Counted from the stretch's first letter, positions 16,576 through 25,211 are shown. The stretch is DNA of 32,000 nt from Candidatus Saccharimonadota bacterium (GCA_000503915.1 CP006915.1:180001-212000); one strand, 5' to 3'. Made by a program: numbers and translations. Notes: generated from the sequence alone by a model not told the origin.

Positions 16576-17673
16576 CTATTGGAATATGGACCTGCTTGAT
16601 TCAGAACTATAATCATCGCCGGTTTCAACCAGCTTGTAGCATACTTCGCCAGCTGGATGGCCATATGTTTCGACATAATAGTTATATCCATCTGAGTAGT
16701 CGCTGTTTTTGTCCCTGCTCTGACGGTAACTATCTGACAGGGAATCGTCTGCGTGGTCATAAGTAACACAAAGTTTATAACGATACTCATCTTGCCCATT
16801 CTGAGAAATCTCAGACTTTACGATGCCCACTTTCTCATAACGTACCAAGCCATCATCGACTAACGTCTCGCCGTCCCCTGATGCAATCCGGACATCACTG
16901 AGACTATCCGGCAGCTTCTGGTTTTGGCTGATGTAGCTATTGACCGCATCATTAACATCACCGAGATGGCTCTCGATCCGTCGATCATCTTTCAAGCTCA
17001 CTGTTGTGACAACCGGACCGACAACGCCCCAAACGAGCAGCCCCAAAGTAACCACTAGCATGCCAAAGCTAAAAATCATAGCGAAGCGTTTTGACTTGAA
17101 TGGATTGAGAACGCGCAGGAAAGTCAGCGCATAAAAAACCGTGGCCGCGCCAAGCACCCACAAGGCAACCATCTGGCTGTCCTGACTGTCGCTTGAGCCG
17201 ATCACCATACTGAGCAGTGTAAAGACCATCGCGATCAAGGTACCAATACCAAGCAGGGCATAGAGCACAACATGAATTACCATGATGACGGTGGCAGCGC
17301 CAGTCTTTTTGGCCGGTTCGTGCTTGCGATAAAACAGGTCGGTCACGAAAGCAATCGGCAGCAGGACGATCGTCGCGGCCATGGCGTATGGCACGACATC
17401 TTCAACTGCCTCCCCCATAATCGCATTGACAGCGATAATCCCCACCAGCCAGATAAGCCCGAGGATCAGCCAGCCCCAAAACGCATACGACAGCCACTGC
17501 AATATAATACTGCCCGGTGTGTTGACGTGCTGCTTTTCGACTGCTGGTGACTGCGTCGGGAATACAGAAGGAGCCACTGGCGCTTCGTCGGTACGAGGCA
17601 ATGCCGGTTCATGTGCCTCTATTAGTGTTGGCTCGTGCCGCACTTCTATTTTATTTTCCCTATCTTCGTCCAC
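16576..17673 (-). CDS. Multi-pass membrane protein with a C-terminal extracytoplasmic domain (hypothetical)
   Basis: GTG start with GGGAGA SD 8 nt upstream and TGCTATACT at 17710-17702. Pro-rich N-terminus, about 6 TM helices. Confidence 0.7.
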   Translation of the reverse strand: MDEDRENKIEVRHEPTLIEAHEPALPRTDEAPVAPSVFPTQSPAVEKQHVNTPGSIILQWLSYAFWGWLILGLIWLVGIIAVNAIMGEAVEDVVPYAMAATIVLLPIAFVTDLFYRKHEPAKKTGAATVIMVIHVVLYALLGIGTLIAMVFTLLSMVIGSSDSQDSQMVALWVLGAATVFYALTFLRVLNPFKSKRFAMIFSFGMLVVTLGLLVWGVVGPVVTTVSLKDDRRIESHLGDVNDAVNSYISQNQKLPDSLSDVRIASGDGETLVDDGLVRYEKVGIVKSEISQNGQDEYRYKLCVTYDHADDSLSDSYRQSRDKNSDYSDGYNYYVETYGHPAGEVCYKLVETGDDYSSESSRSIFQ

Positions 17674-17768
17674 TGCCCATGTCTCCCTTTAAGTTATTTT
17701 AAGTATAGCACTAGCGCTTACTTTATACCCGCTTCCCGCCTCAGCCTCTGGAAAACTAGGGTAAACTT

Positions 17769-17777
17769 TGCTACAAT
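17769..17777 (+). promoter_or_regulatory. Extended -10 promoter (TGCTACAAT) for the ~275 nt tRNA leader
   Basis: TGCTACAAT on the plus strand, about 285 nt upstream of the tRNA at 18062. Confidence 0.5.
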
Positions 17778-17917
17778 CGTTCTTGTCCTACCGCCCGTCA
17801 AGGCGGACCGAAACGACAAACCAAGCTTGCTGTTTGTCGGTTCGAGAGGAGGCGTAACGGAAGAGTGCCAGCTTTCGATTTTAATCGGAAGCGAGAACTC
17901 CGAGTGAACGCCGACGA

Positions 17918-17962
17918 GGCAGCATAGCCCCGCCTGTCTGATCGACAGAACGGGCAGGTCAG
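17918..17962 (+). repeat. tRNA-leader element copy 1: 7-nt acceptor-strand mimic followed by a conserved 38-nt hairpin element
   Basis: GGCAGCA-TAGCCCCGCCTGTCTGATCGACAGAACGGGCAGGTCAG. 37 of 38 positions are identical to 26263-26300. Confidence 0.8.
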
Positions 17963-18061
17963 TTGGAGAGCCTTCAGCGAAAATAATAGCGTAACGCTCT
18001 AACCGACTGGTCAGACTTGTCGAGACCGATACGGTCGCACCTTACACAATCCACCCATTAA

Positions 18062-18138
18062 GGCAGCGTAGCTCAGTTGGTTAGAGCGTAGGACTCATAA
18101 GCCTAAGGTCACTGGTTCAATTCCAGTCGCTGCTACCA
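18062..18138 (+). tRNA. tRNA with CAU anticodon, elongator tRNA-Met-like
   Basis: GGCAGCG-TA-GCTCAGTTGGTTAGAGC-G-TAGGA-CTCATAA-GCCTA-AGGTC-ACTGGTTCAATTCCAGT-CGCTGCT-A-CCA. Resembles E. coli metT in the D and T arms. There is an A31:G39 mismatch. Confidence 0.85.
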
Positions 18139-18144
18139 CGTAAG

Positions 18145-18169
18145 AATCCCACTCCATGTGGGATTTTTT
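18145..18169 (+). terminator. Rho-independent terminator after the tRNA
   Basis: AATCCCAC-tccat-GTGGGATT followed by TTTT. Confidence 0.8.
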
Positions 18170-18193
18170 CGTGGTAATACGGACTGGGACTGA

Positions 18194-18310
18194 CCCAGTG
18201 ACCGCGGCAGCTCCAGCTGACGCATGGTCACTGGGTCGCAAAGCGGAGAAAGGAAACTCGTGCTTGCACGTGTCCCTTTCGGAGCGGAGGAGCGAGCAGA
18301 GCGAGCGATA
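18194..18310 (+). repeat. tRNA-downstream conserved element, copy 1 (stem plus 90-nt core)
   Basis: The 90-nt core 18221-18310 differs at 4 transitions from the reverse complement of 25372-25461. It is preceded by the stem CCCAGTGACC/GGTCACTGGG. Confidence 0.85.
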
Positions 18311-18497
18311 TCCCAGTCGCCTCTACGAAGATATAAAGCTATAAAGCGGTTTTTCTTTTTCGGACTTTTTTCATCTGTTAAGGGTTAGCCCCTGGGATTT
18401 ACCCCTATATCAAAATCGGGTGCAAACATTGATGGCTAGAACTCACTCTCCAAGCACTTACACTCTTGCCTGTGACACTACTTCAAAAGTTATGGTT

Positions 18498-19316
18498 CTA
18501 ACGTGCCGTTTGAGAGCGCCTGTGTTGTTCCAAGTTTTGGAGGATCTCTGCCCTAGACTGGTGAGCCCCGGGTAATCCTACATTTGTTTCAAGAATAGGG
18601 ATGTGTAGATCGATTGACGCCGTCTCGCCATGAGCAAAGTCTGTAATCCAATTTGATATATCTGCGTAGCCATGTGGATTAGTACGCTGGTCTAGCTCCA
18701 TCTGGAAGCTGTAAGTACCAGTGAACACGCCCGTCACGACACTCATCTTTCCATGTAATCCGCCAAGAACAATAGCGGGATATGACACGCTCAGAGCTCC
18801 GGCATTGATGAATACATACAGTCCGTGCTCAAACTTCTTTGGTCTGTAATGCTTATCGAGCAAGATGGTCAACAGATTCTTTGAGCGCACGAAAGTGTGA
18901 TTGTTCATGCATGCAATCATTAAGATGACTTGTCGCGCAATCGCATTAGGCTCAATTTCGTGAAGTGAAACCTGCCAGCTAGCGCCACGAGCCCATTGCA
19001 GCTCAAGTGGAATTACATTTTGAGCCCTTGTTTGACGTATCATTTCAAGGTAGGCCGGTACCGTTTCGCGACCTGTCCGGCTATTGCAATCAGAGCATAG
19101 GTAGTACCCGCCTGTCCCACGCTGAGCATTCTGAAACTCTCGACCTCGAAAATCCCAGGGAACAGTCTCTGCTGTCAACGCATCCAACATGTTGTAGAGA
19201 CGAGTTGGACCGTTTTCACCAGAGCCACGTGGCGGTACGTGCTCGAATGTCAACGACTTCGTGAGACCGCACCTCGTACAAGTGCTTTTCTCCTGGACTA
19301 CTTCGCGATCGGCCAT
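18498..19316 (-). CDS. Hypothetical protein with an HNH / beta-beta-alpha-Me nuclease-like N-terminal motif
   Basis: CTRCG-x8-EHVPPRG ... YYLCSDCNSRTG, a CxxC..EH..CxxCN pattern. Start trimmed to ATG 19316, 5 nt after the upstream stop. Confidence 0.45.
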   Translation of the reverse strand: MADREVVQEKSTCTRCGLTKSLTFEHVPPRGSGENGPTRLYNMLDALTAETVPWDFRGREFQNAQRGTGGYYLCSDCNSRTGRETVPAYLEMIRQTRAQNVIPLELQWARGASWQVSLHEIEPNAIARQVILMIACMNNHTFVRSKNLLTILLDKHYRPKKFEHGLYVFINAGALSVSYPAIVLGGLHGKMSVVTGVFTGTYSFQMELDQRTNPHGYADISNWITDFAHGETASIDLHIPILETNVGLPGAHQSRAEILQNLEQHRRSQTAR

Positions 19317-19321
19317 AGTTG

Positions 19322-19603
19322 TTAGTACTCGGGTAGCGACAAGAGATTGTCTGTCCACTCTTTATTCGCATAGGTGCGTATGTACGGGTCTGAGTTTTTA
19401 GGATGAACAACCCCAACATATACGTAATCGGTTGGGTAGTCTCCCACAATTGCCTTATTTGTTGTCGACCGCTCCAGCCAACCAACCATTTCTGCACGGG
19501 ATGATCGTCCCGTGTCTTGCGTACGAACGTTTCTCCACTTTACCTCAGCGATATGTTCGTGACGCTCGCCTCCAATCATGTGACGTTGATATATTTGGAT
19601 CAT
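19322..19603 (-). CDS. DUF3892-like small protein
   Basis: GGERHEHIAEVKW ... YIRTYANKEWTDNLLSLPEY matches the remembered DUF3892 pattern (HEHI..v.W, dNLL.LP.f). GGGAGG SD is present. Confidence 0.6.
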   Translation of the reverse strand: MIQIYQRHMIGGERHEHIAEVKWRNVRTQDTGRSSRAEMVGWLERSTTNKAIVGDYPTDYVYVGVVHPKNSDPYIRTYANKEWTDNLLSLPEY

Positions 19604-19896
19604 AGAAAATACCTCCCCTATGAAAAAGTTATGTTAGTTCTTTCCCACCCTTTGCATAGGCGCAAATGGTCTCGCAGTATGTGTGACGGCTCCCTTGCTA
19701 ACCGCATCGCTTAAAGCTTAATATTTGGCCTGTTCTAATTATATTCGCATAAGCGTTTTTCCACAATACTGTTGTCTATTTGACGGCCTTGACAGCTGTT
19801 GTGTATATATCTACTGGGACTGTATGAATTGACAAACCGGGGGGCATAATTAGCTATGGACTATGGCCTCATTCGTATGGTAAAGCCTATGAATAA

Positions 19897-19905
19897 TGCT
19901 ATGAT
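19897..19905 (+). promoter_or_regulatory. Extended -10 promoter (TGCTATGAT), 9 nt before ATG 19915
   Basis: TGCTATGAT-aaatcccat-ATG. Confidence 0.5.
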
Positions 19906-19914
19906 AAATCCCAT

Positions 19915-20253
19915 ATGACAAAACCATCATTTTTTTCATGGATAATTATCATCGGTCTCATTGCGGGAGCCATAGGCTATACAGCTGGGATCCGTACTGG
20001 TATTGATCAGGGAACGAAAAAAGCAAACGCTAAAGCTCAATCGCGAATTGATGAGGCAACGAAGGGAGCGGATCAAGCCTGGTCGTCTTACGCAGACTTA
20101 AGCAGGGACTACGGAAAACTAAGTGATAAGTACGATACTCTCTATAACGCTGCTAAAGCATATGTTTCCATCACCCCCTACGAGACGCGCCAGCCAGTTA
20201 CTTGCAACTCATACACTTATGGCATGAACAACCTTTCCACCACTTGTTATTGA
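19915..20253 (+). CDS. N-terminally anchored small protein (hypothetical)
   Basis: TM helix FFSWIIIIGLIAGAIGYTAGI, then a helical region and a C-terminal Cys pair. Confidence 0.65.
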   Translation: MTKPSFFSWIIIIGLIAGAIGYTAGIRTGIDQGTKKANAKAQSRIDEATKGADQAWSSYADLSRDYGKLSDKYDTLYNAAKAYVSITPYETRQPVTCNSYTYGMNNLSTTCY

Positions 20254-20287
20254 CGCCGTTCGCCCTTATGGCTTCTTGTCTTATAGA

Positions 20288-20317
20288 AATACTCCTCTCG
20301 TTCGGAGGAGTATTTTT
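20288..20317. terminator. Terminator hairpin between convergent genes
   Basis: AATACTCCTC-tcgttcg-GAGGAGTATT followed by TTT. Confidence 0.7.
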
Positions 20318-20331
20318 ACTTTCCCTATTTC

Positions 20332-20466
20332 CTACTCAACGTCATCATCATCGGGCAGGGAAGTGAGACGTTCGGTGACAAAGCTACGTAATTCTTCGAT
20401 GCTTCGTTCCCTTTTCCAAGTGGATAGTTCTTCTATATTTCCTTCTGCGAGCTGTGCTGTTTCCAT
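20332..20466 (-). CDS. Possible 44-aa acidic small protein (below the ORF-track cutoff)
   Basis: METAQLAEGNIEELSTWKRERSIEELRSFVTERLTSLPDDDDVE. TGCTTAAAT lies about 45 nt upstream. SD is weak. Confidence 0.3.
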   Translation of the reverse strand: METAQLAEGNIEELSTWKRERSIEELRSFVTERLTSLPDDDDVE

Positions 20467-20621
20467 TGTGGTGAACCTTTATACTTTGTTGGTTTTATTT
20501 TGTTGTAGTACTATTTAAGCATAAAAACTTTAAAAAAGCAATAGCAATTTGTAACATTTTTGCTTTTTGTACCCCGCTTATGGTATAAATTACTAGAGGA
20601 AACTACGAAAAACACAAAAAC

Positions 20622-21347
20622 ATGAACACTTTGGATCTACTTATCATCATCGTCGTGGCCGCACTGATCCACGCCAGCTTCCAGCTGAGTGTCAGTATGT
20701 TGACGCTGCTTGGTGCACATACGATCGGATCAAAACGTTCACAGATCCGCTTGGTTGCCCTCACCAACTCTTTTACCTTCGGTGCTGCTGTCATGACAAT
20801 GCTCATCGTATCAATGGCGGCGTTTATCCTTAGCCGGTACCAAAACGAGCAAACTATGACCATACTATGGATCATCGGCTGCGGATTACTGCTTGGTCTG
20901 GGAATGGCTGTCTGGGGATTTTATTACCGGAAAGAGCAGGGGACAACACTCTGGCTTCCCCGTCCACTTGCCCGCTATTTGTCCGATCGTACCAAAGCTA
21001 CCAAGCAAACCGGCGAGGCCTTTGGACTCGGGCTTTCTAGTGTAATCGCCGAACTGATCTTTATCACCGCACCGGTCTTTATCGCCGCACTCGCGCTTAT
21101 CAAGTTGCCAACCGAATGGCAACCGGTGGGTGTCCTTGCCTACACGTTTGTTTCCCTGCTGTCGCTGCTCGTTATCAATGGCCTAATCGGCAGCGGCCAT
21201 CGCATCAGTCGCATCCAGCGCTGGCGCGAGGATAATAAACGCTTTTTGCAATTCATCGCCGGTAGCGGGCTGGTCGCACTCGGCTTTTATATCTACGTCG
21301 ATCAGGTGCTGACGCCGTCTGTACTCGCCTTGAGTGGAGGCCTCTAA
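20622..21347 (+). CDS. Six-TM membrane protein (hypothetical; LysE/DsbD-like topology, unassigned)
   Basis: 241 aa, hydrophobic throughout. TGGTATAAAT promoter-like box about 40 nt upstream. Confidence 0.7.
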   Translation: MNTLDLLIIIVVAALIHASFQLSVSMLTLLGAHTIGSKRSQIRLVALTNSFTFGAAVMTMLIVSMAAFILSRYQNEQTMTILWIIGCGLLLGLGMAVWGFYYRKEQGTTLWLPRPLARYLSDRTKATKQTGEAFGLGLSSVIAELIFITAPVFIAALALIKLPTEWQPVGVLAYTFVSLLSLLVINGLIGSGHRISRIQRWREDNKRFLQFIAGSGLVALGFYIYVDQVLTPSVLALSGGL

Positions 21348-21638
21348 ATGAAAAAAGCGGCACCAATAGACGTAGTCAAACGGGACGGGAAGCGGCCAAG
21401 CGAACATTTCAACCCAGATAAACTACATACCAGCATTATGGCGGCTTGCCTGAGCGTCCGTAGTCCACAAGGCGAAGCAAGCCTCACGGCACAAACTGTC
21501 TGTGATGCAGTGGAGCATTGGTGCGGCCAAAAATCTGAGATTACCTCTGCCGATATTCGTCGTATCGCCAGCACCCACCTAGAGAGAATTCACCCCGAGG
21601 CGGCGTATTTATATAAGCACCACCGATTGGTGCTATAG
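21348..21638 (+). CDS. Stand-alone ATP-cone domain protein
   Basis: IDVVKRDGKRPSEHFNPDKLHTSIMAAC ... ITSADIRRIASTHLERIHPEAAYLYKHH fits the ATP-cone pattern. The ATG directly follows the upstream stop. Confidence 0.65.
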   Translation: MKKAAPIDVVKRDGKRPSEHFNPDKLHTSIMAACLSVRSPQGEASLTAQTVCDAVEHWCGQKSEITSADIRRIASTHLERIHPEAAYLYKHHRLVL

Positions 21639-21646
21639 GAGAACAT

Positions 21647-23023
21647 ATGGCCAAAAAACACTCATTTGACTATGATTTAATCGTCATCGGCAGCGGTGCC
21701 GGCGGGAGCGCGGCAGCCAGCATCACGGCCAGGAATGGTCAGAAAGTTGCTATCGTTGAAGCCGACACGTTTGGCGGTGACTCACCGAACTGGAGCGACG
21801 TACCGACCAAAGCCTTGCTGCATGCTGCCCAGCTCTACGACGAAGCCCGCCACGGTGCCCGCTTTGGCCTAAGATCCAACACGCTCGGCTACAACTACCC
21901 CAGCTTACGTGCCTGGAAAGAGCTGGCTGTCAAACGTACTGGGGCAGGTGGCAATCGCAAGTTTTACGAGAATGAAGGAATCGCCACGTATAACAGCGCC
22001 GCTCACTTCCTTAGCCCAAATGAAATCAGCGTCAATCGCCGCCACCTATCCGCCAAAACATTCTTGGTCGCCACTGGCTCGCACTGGGTTGCACCTGATG
22101 TCCAAGGCCTCGCCAACGTCGGCTACCTGACGCCTCGCACTATCCTCGAAGCCATCCGACCGCCAAAGAGTTTATTTATCATCGGTGCCGGTACGATCGG
22201 CGTCGAGATTGCCCAACTAATGGCAATTTTTGGCACCAAAGTCTACCTGTCTGAAGTCGCTAGCCGCATCCTGCCAAAAGAGGATGAGGAAGTGGGGGAG
22301 TTGATGGAGCGTCTTTTAGAAGAGCAAAAAGGCGTCACTTCCCTAACCCAGACTCGCGTACTCGTCGCCCAAAAAGAAGGCCTGCAAAAGAAAGTCACCT
22401 ACACCCGCGGTGGCGTCGAACGCTCGGTTAAAGTCGATGAGATTCTGGTCGCCACCGGTCGTCATCCGACCGTTGATCTTGGCCTCGAGAACGCCAGCGT
22501 TGAGTATACTCCCAAAGGTATCGAGGTAAACGAACATCTGCAAACCTCGGCTCGACACATTTATGCAGCCGGCGACGTACTTGGCCACAGTAGCCACACA
22601 CACACTGCCCTGCTCGAAAGCCGCGTCGCGGCGCACAACCTGCAGAGTAAGCAAAAGATCAGCCCCGACTACACCGCCACGCCCCGCCTCACCTTCACAT
22701 CACCGGGCATTGCCTCGGTCGGCCTGACCGAAGATGACTGCTTGAAGCGCGACCTGACTGTAAAGAAATCCTTGGCACCACTCAATATGATCGCGCGTAG
22801 TAACACTAGCGACTTTCGTGATGGGTTCGTCAAACTAATTGCTGATAAAAATGGCACGCTCATCGGCGCGACCGTCGTCGCCCCGCACGCCGCCGAGATC
22901 ATCCACGAGCTGGCATTGGCCATTAAGTACAGTATGACCGCCCACGACCTCGCCCTAACGCCACACGCCTTCCTCAGCTGGAGCGAAGCTGTCCGCGTCG
23001 CCGCCGGACGAATACAGACGTAA
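21647..23023 (+). CDS. Pyridine nucleotide-disulfide oxidoreductase family protein (Lpd/GR/MerA-like) lacking the redox-active Cys pair
   Basis: FAD GxGxxG (VIGSGAGGS), NAD site (IIGAGTIGVE), ATGRHP and AAGDV motifs. GGDSPNWSDVPTKAL aligns to GGTCLNVGCIPSKAL. Confidence 0.85.
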   Translation: MAKKHSFDYDLIVIGSGAGGSAAASITARNGQKVAIVEADTFGGDSPNWSDVPTKALLHAAQLYDEARHGARFGLRSNTLGYNYPSLRAWKELAVKRTGAGGNRKFYENEGIATYNSAAHFLSPNEISVNRRHLSAKTFLVATGSHWVAPDVQGLANVGYLTPRTILEAIRPPKSLFIIGAGTIGVEIAQLMAIFGTKVYLSEVASRILPKEDEEVGELMERLLEEQKGVTSLTQTRVLVAQKEGLQKKVTYTRGGVERSVKVDEILVATGRHPTVDLGLENASVEYTPKGIEVNEHLQTSARHIYAAGDVLGHSSHTHTALLESRVAAHNLQSKQKISPDYTATPRLTFTSPGIASVGLTEDDCLKRDLTVKKSLAPLNMIARSNTSDFRDGFVKLIADKNGTLIGATVVAPHAAEIIHELALAIKYSMTAHDLALTPHAFLSWSEAVRVAAGRIQT

Positions 23024-23033
23024 ACTAACCACT

Positions 23034-23792
23034 CTATTCGTCAATGCGAGCCGGTATGACGACCAGATTGTCAACTAATACTTTGCCACTACTGGCTACG
23101 AAGCTAAGATTGAGATGGATATCGTACCCTCCGTCACCCTTAACGGTATATTTTACGGTCGTCCCCTCAGGTTGTCCAACATCGGCAAGCCCGGGATAGG
23201 CTGAATAGTCAGCCCGTACATACGGTGCTGTACTGAACTTGTCTGCGTTCAGATCGTTCGATAACTTTTTAAAGTCAGTCACCCCTGAATTATCTCCAAC
23301 TTTACTCAGCCACTTTCCGTCAGAGGCTGCAAAAGTTTGTGCCTGAACTTTTTGAAATACGTCTGTCGAGAGTTTGTCGACACATGTTTGATCGCCCGAC
23401 TTGAGCGCATTTACGAATATTTTGTACGCGGTTTTTGCCGAGCTATCAGTAAGCGGCGCAGCGGTCTCAGTACAGTCTGTGCCTGTGGTCGTACTGGCTG
23501 ACGATGATGGCTTGTTTTGTAAATAAGCAAACGCGACCAGACCAGTTCCTATCAGTATCAGCACGATGAGAGCGATAAGCACCGTCGGTAGAAGCCATTT
23601 TTTAGGCTTCGGAACTTGGGTTACTGTCTGTTCGGGCACAGATTGAACATAGACAGGGTCGGCCGACGGTGACGGCGCAAACGAAGAACCAGATGGTTCA
23701 TGATTAGCCGGTTGCTGGCTCGTCGGCGGGACAAATGATTCTGGCGGACGAGAGTCGTTATTTATCGGATCATTTTCATTTTGATTTTCCAT
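23034..23792 (-). CDS. Single-pass membrane protein with a Pro-rich N-terminus and an extracytoplasmic domain (hypothetical)
   Basis: TM helix WLLPTVLIALIVLILIGTGLVAFAYL. Confidence 0.7.
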   Translation of the reverse strand: MENQNENDPINNDSRPPESFVPPTSQQPANHEPSGSSFAPSPSADPVYVQSVPEQTVTQVPKPKKWLLPTVLIALIVLILIGTGLVAFAYLQNKPSSSASTTTGTDCTETAAPLTDSSAKTAYKIFVNALKSGDQTCVDKLSTDVFQKVQAQTFAASDGKWLSKVGDNSGVTDFKKLSNDLNADKFSTAPYVRADYSAYPGLADVGQPEGTTVKYTVKGDGGYDIHLNLSFVASSGKVLVDNLVVIPARIDE

Positions 23793-23867
23793 ACAGATGA
23801 GAAACCTCGCTTATGTTTACTACCCATTATTAAACCACTGACGAAGCGAATCAGCAAACACAATTTT

Positions 23868-25211
23868 TCAGGTTTTTTTATTTTGAATACCGATAGCAGA
23901 TACAACACCACCTGCTATAAGCAAGGTTGAGCAAAAAATAATGCCAACATAGAAACCGTCTAGGTCAATATTTTTACCGACAAAGAGACCGATCATTGCG
24001 ACCGACAGCAATCCAGCGATACGAGCCGCAGCGTTATTAACCGCTGAACCAATCCCAGCCTGAGAAGACTTGATAGAGCCAAGAATAGCCGAGGTGAGTG
24101 GGGCGACGGTAATAGAAAGTCCAAGACCAAACAGCAATATGCCAGGCAATAATTCCATCCAATAATTTGTCGGTACCTTTGCCATCAACATGTAAAGCGT
24201 ACCGATGCCGGCGACAATTGGGCCAACCGACATGAACAAACGTGAACCGTATTTACCCGAGAGCGCGCCAAAACGAGAAGACAGAAAGAACATGATAATC
24301 GTAATTGGTAGAGAAGAAAGACCAGCCATGGTAGCTGAAAAGCCAGCGACCTGCTGGAGGAAGATCACCAGTAAAAAGCCTTGGAGGGAAAGCGCAGCGT
24401 AGATGAAAAACGTCGCTATGTTGCCAACGCTAAAATTACGAACGCGAAAAAGCTCGAGCGGCAGCATGGGCTGCTTTGTCCGTGCTTCGTGCAGTACAAA
24501 GAAAAGTAACGAGACAGCACCGACGGCGAAAGTTCCCCATATGGACAGGTGGCTCCAGCCAAAATTGCCCTGTTCTATCAGTGCATACACTAACCCGCCA
24601 AGGCCTACTGCCCCGAGTACAATGCCGAGGATATCAAGACGTGCTCGCTCCCTCGTTTTATCATCGAACCTCAGCTGAGTAGCAAGAATGAGTGCAGCGG
24701 CAATCGGGATCACATTGATAGCAAAGACTAGTCGCCACGAAAACAAGTCCACCATCAATCCACCGATGAGCGGTCCGACAATAAATGCAACTCCCGTCCA
24801 GCCGGTCCATTGACCGATTGCTTTTGACTGCGCCGCACCTCTAAAGACACTCATAATCAGCGCTAAAGAGCTCGGAACAAGCAGCGCTCCGGCAATCCCC
24901 TGCAAGCCACGCGCGATCACCAATTGCTCACCACTTTGCGCAAGCGCACAGAAGAGTGACGTCACCAAAAAACCGACAAGCCCCGCCAGCAGTACTTTTT
25001 TACGACCAAAGATATCCGACAGCGAGCCAGCCGCAAGAATTAGCATACCAAGGGTTATCAGATACGCGTCATTCACCCACTGCTGAATCAGCAGATTGCC
25101 GCCAAACTCCTCGCTGATTTGTGGCAAGGCAACACTGACTACCGATCCATCAAGAAACGCTACAAATGAAGCCAAGACGGCAATGAATAGCACTAGACGT
25201 TGCTTTGTCAT
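23868..25211 (-). CDS. MFS transporter (drug:H+ antiporter-like, about 14 TM helices)
   Basis: 447 aa with MFS-type motifs (GSLSDIFGRKK). TATACT (25223-25218) lies 6 nt before the ATG. Confidence 0.85.
   Translation of the reverse strand: MTKQRLVLFIAVLASFVAFLDGSVVSVALPQISEEFGGNLLIQQWVNDAYLITLGMLILAAGSLSDIFGRKKVLLAGLVGFLVTSLFCALAQSGEQLVIARGLQGIAGALLVPSSLALIMSVFRGAAQSKAIGQWTGWTGVAFIVGPLIGGLMVDLFSWRLVFAINVIPIAAALILATQLRFDDKTRERARLDILGIVLGAVGLGGLVYALIEQGNFGWSHLSIWGTFAVGAVSLLFFVLHEARTKQPMLPLELFRVRNFSVGNIATFFIYAALSLQGFLLVIFLQQVAGFSATMAGLSSLPITIIMFFLSSRFGALSGKYGSRLFMSVGPIVAGIGTLYMLMAKVPTNYWMELLPGILLFGLGLSITVAPLTSAILGSIKSSQAGIGSAVNNAAARIAGLLSVAMIGLFVGKNIDLDGFYVGIIFCSTLLIAGGVVSAIGIQNKKT

Noticed and set aside
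17784-17962. RNase P RNA. The segment CTGTC-loop-GACAGAACGGGCAGGTCAG resembles the E. coli M1 RNA 3' region (CUGUCCACGACAGAACCCGGCUUAUCGGUCAG).
   Set aside because: The upstream ~140 nt lacks the universal GAGGAAAGUCC P4 strand and any specificity-domain motifs. The candidate is far too short. The same 38-mer recurs in a second, ~100-nt tRNA leader. A covariance-model search would be needed to exclude a reduced RNase P RNA.
17941-18061. SRP (4.5S), tmRNA or 6S RNA in the tRNA leaders or in the 14.2-15.3 kb gap
   Set aside because: No GGAA-tetraloop/AGCA helix-8 motif was seen. There is no tRNA-like 3' end (GGTTCGA..CCACCA) other than the true tRNAs, and no tag-peptide reading frame. 6S RNA cannot be judged by eye.
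18156-18344. ORFs 18156..18344(+) and 25271..25519(-) / 25205..25507(+) over the repeat element
   Set aside because: The two copies are conserved at the nucleotide level but the ORFs fall in different frames with unrelated peptides, so the conservation is non-coding.
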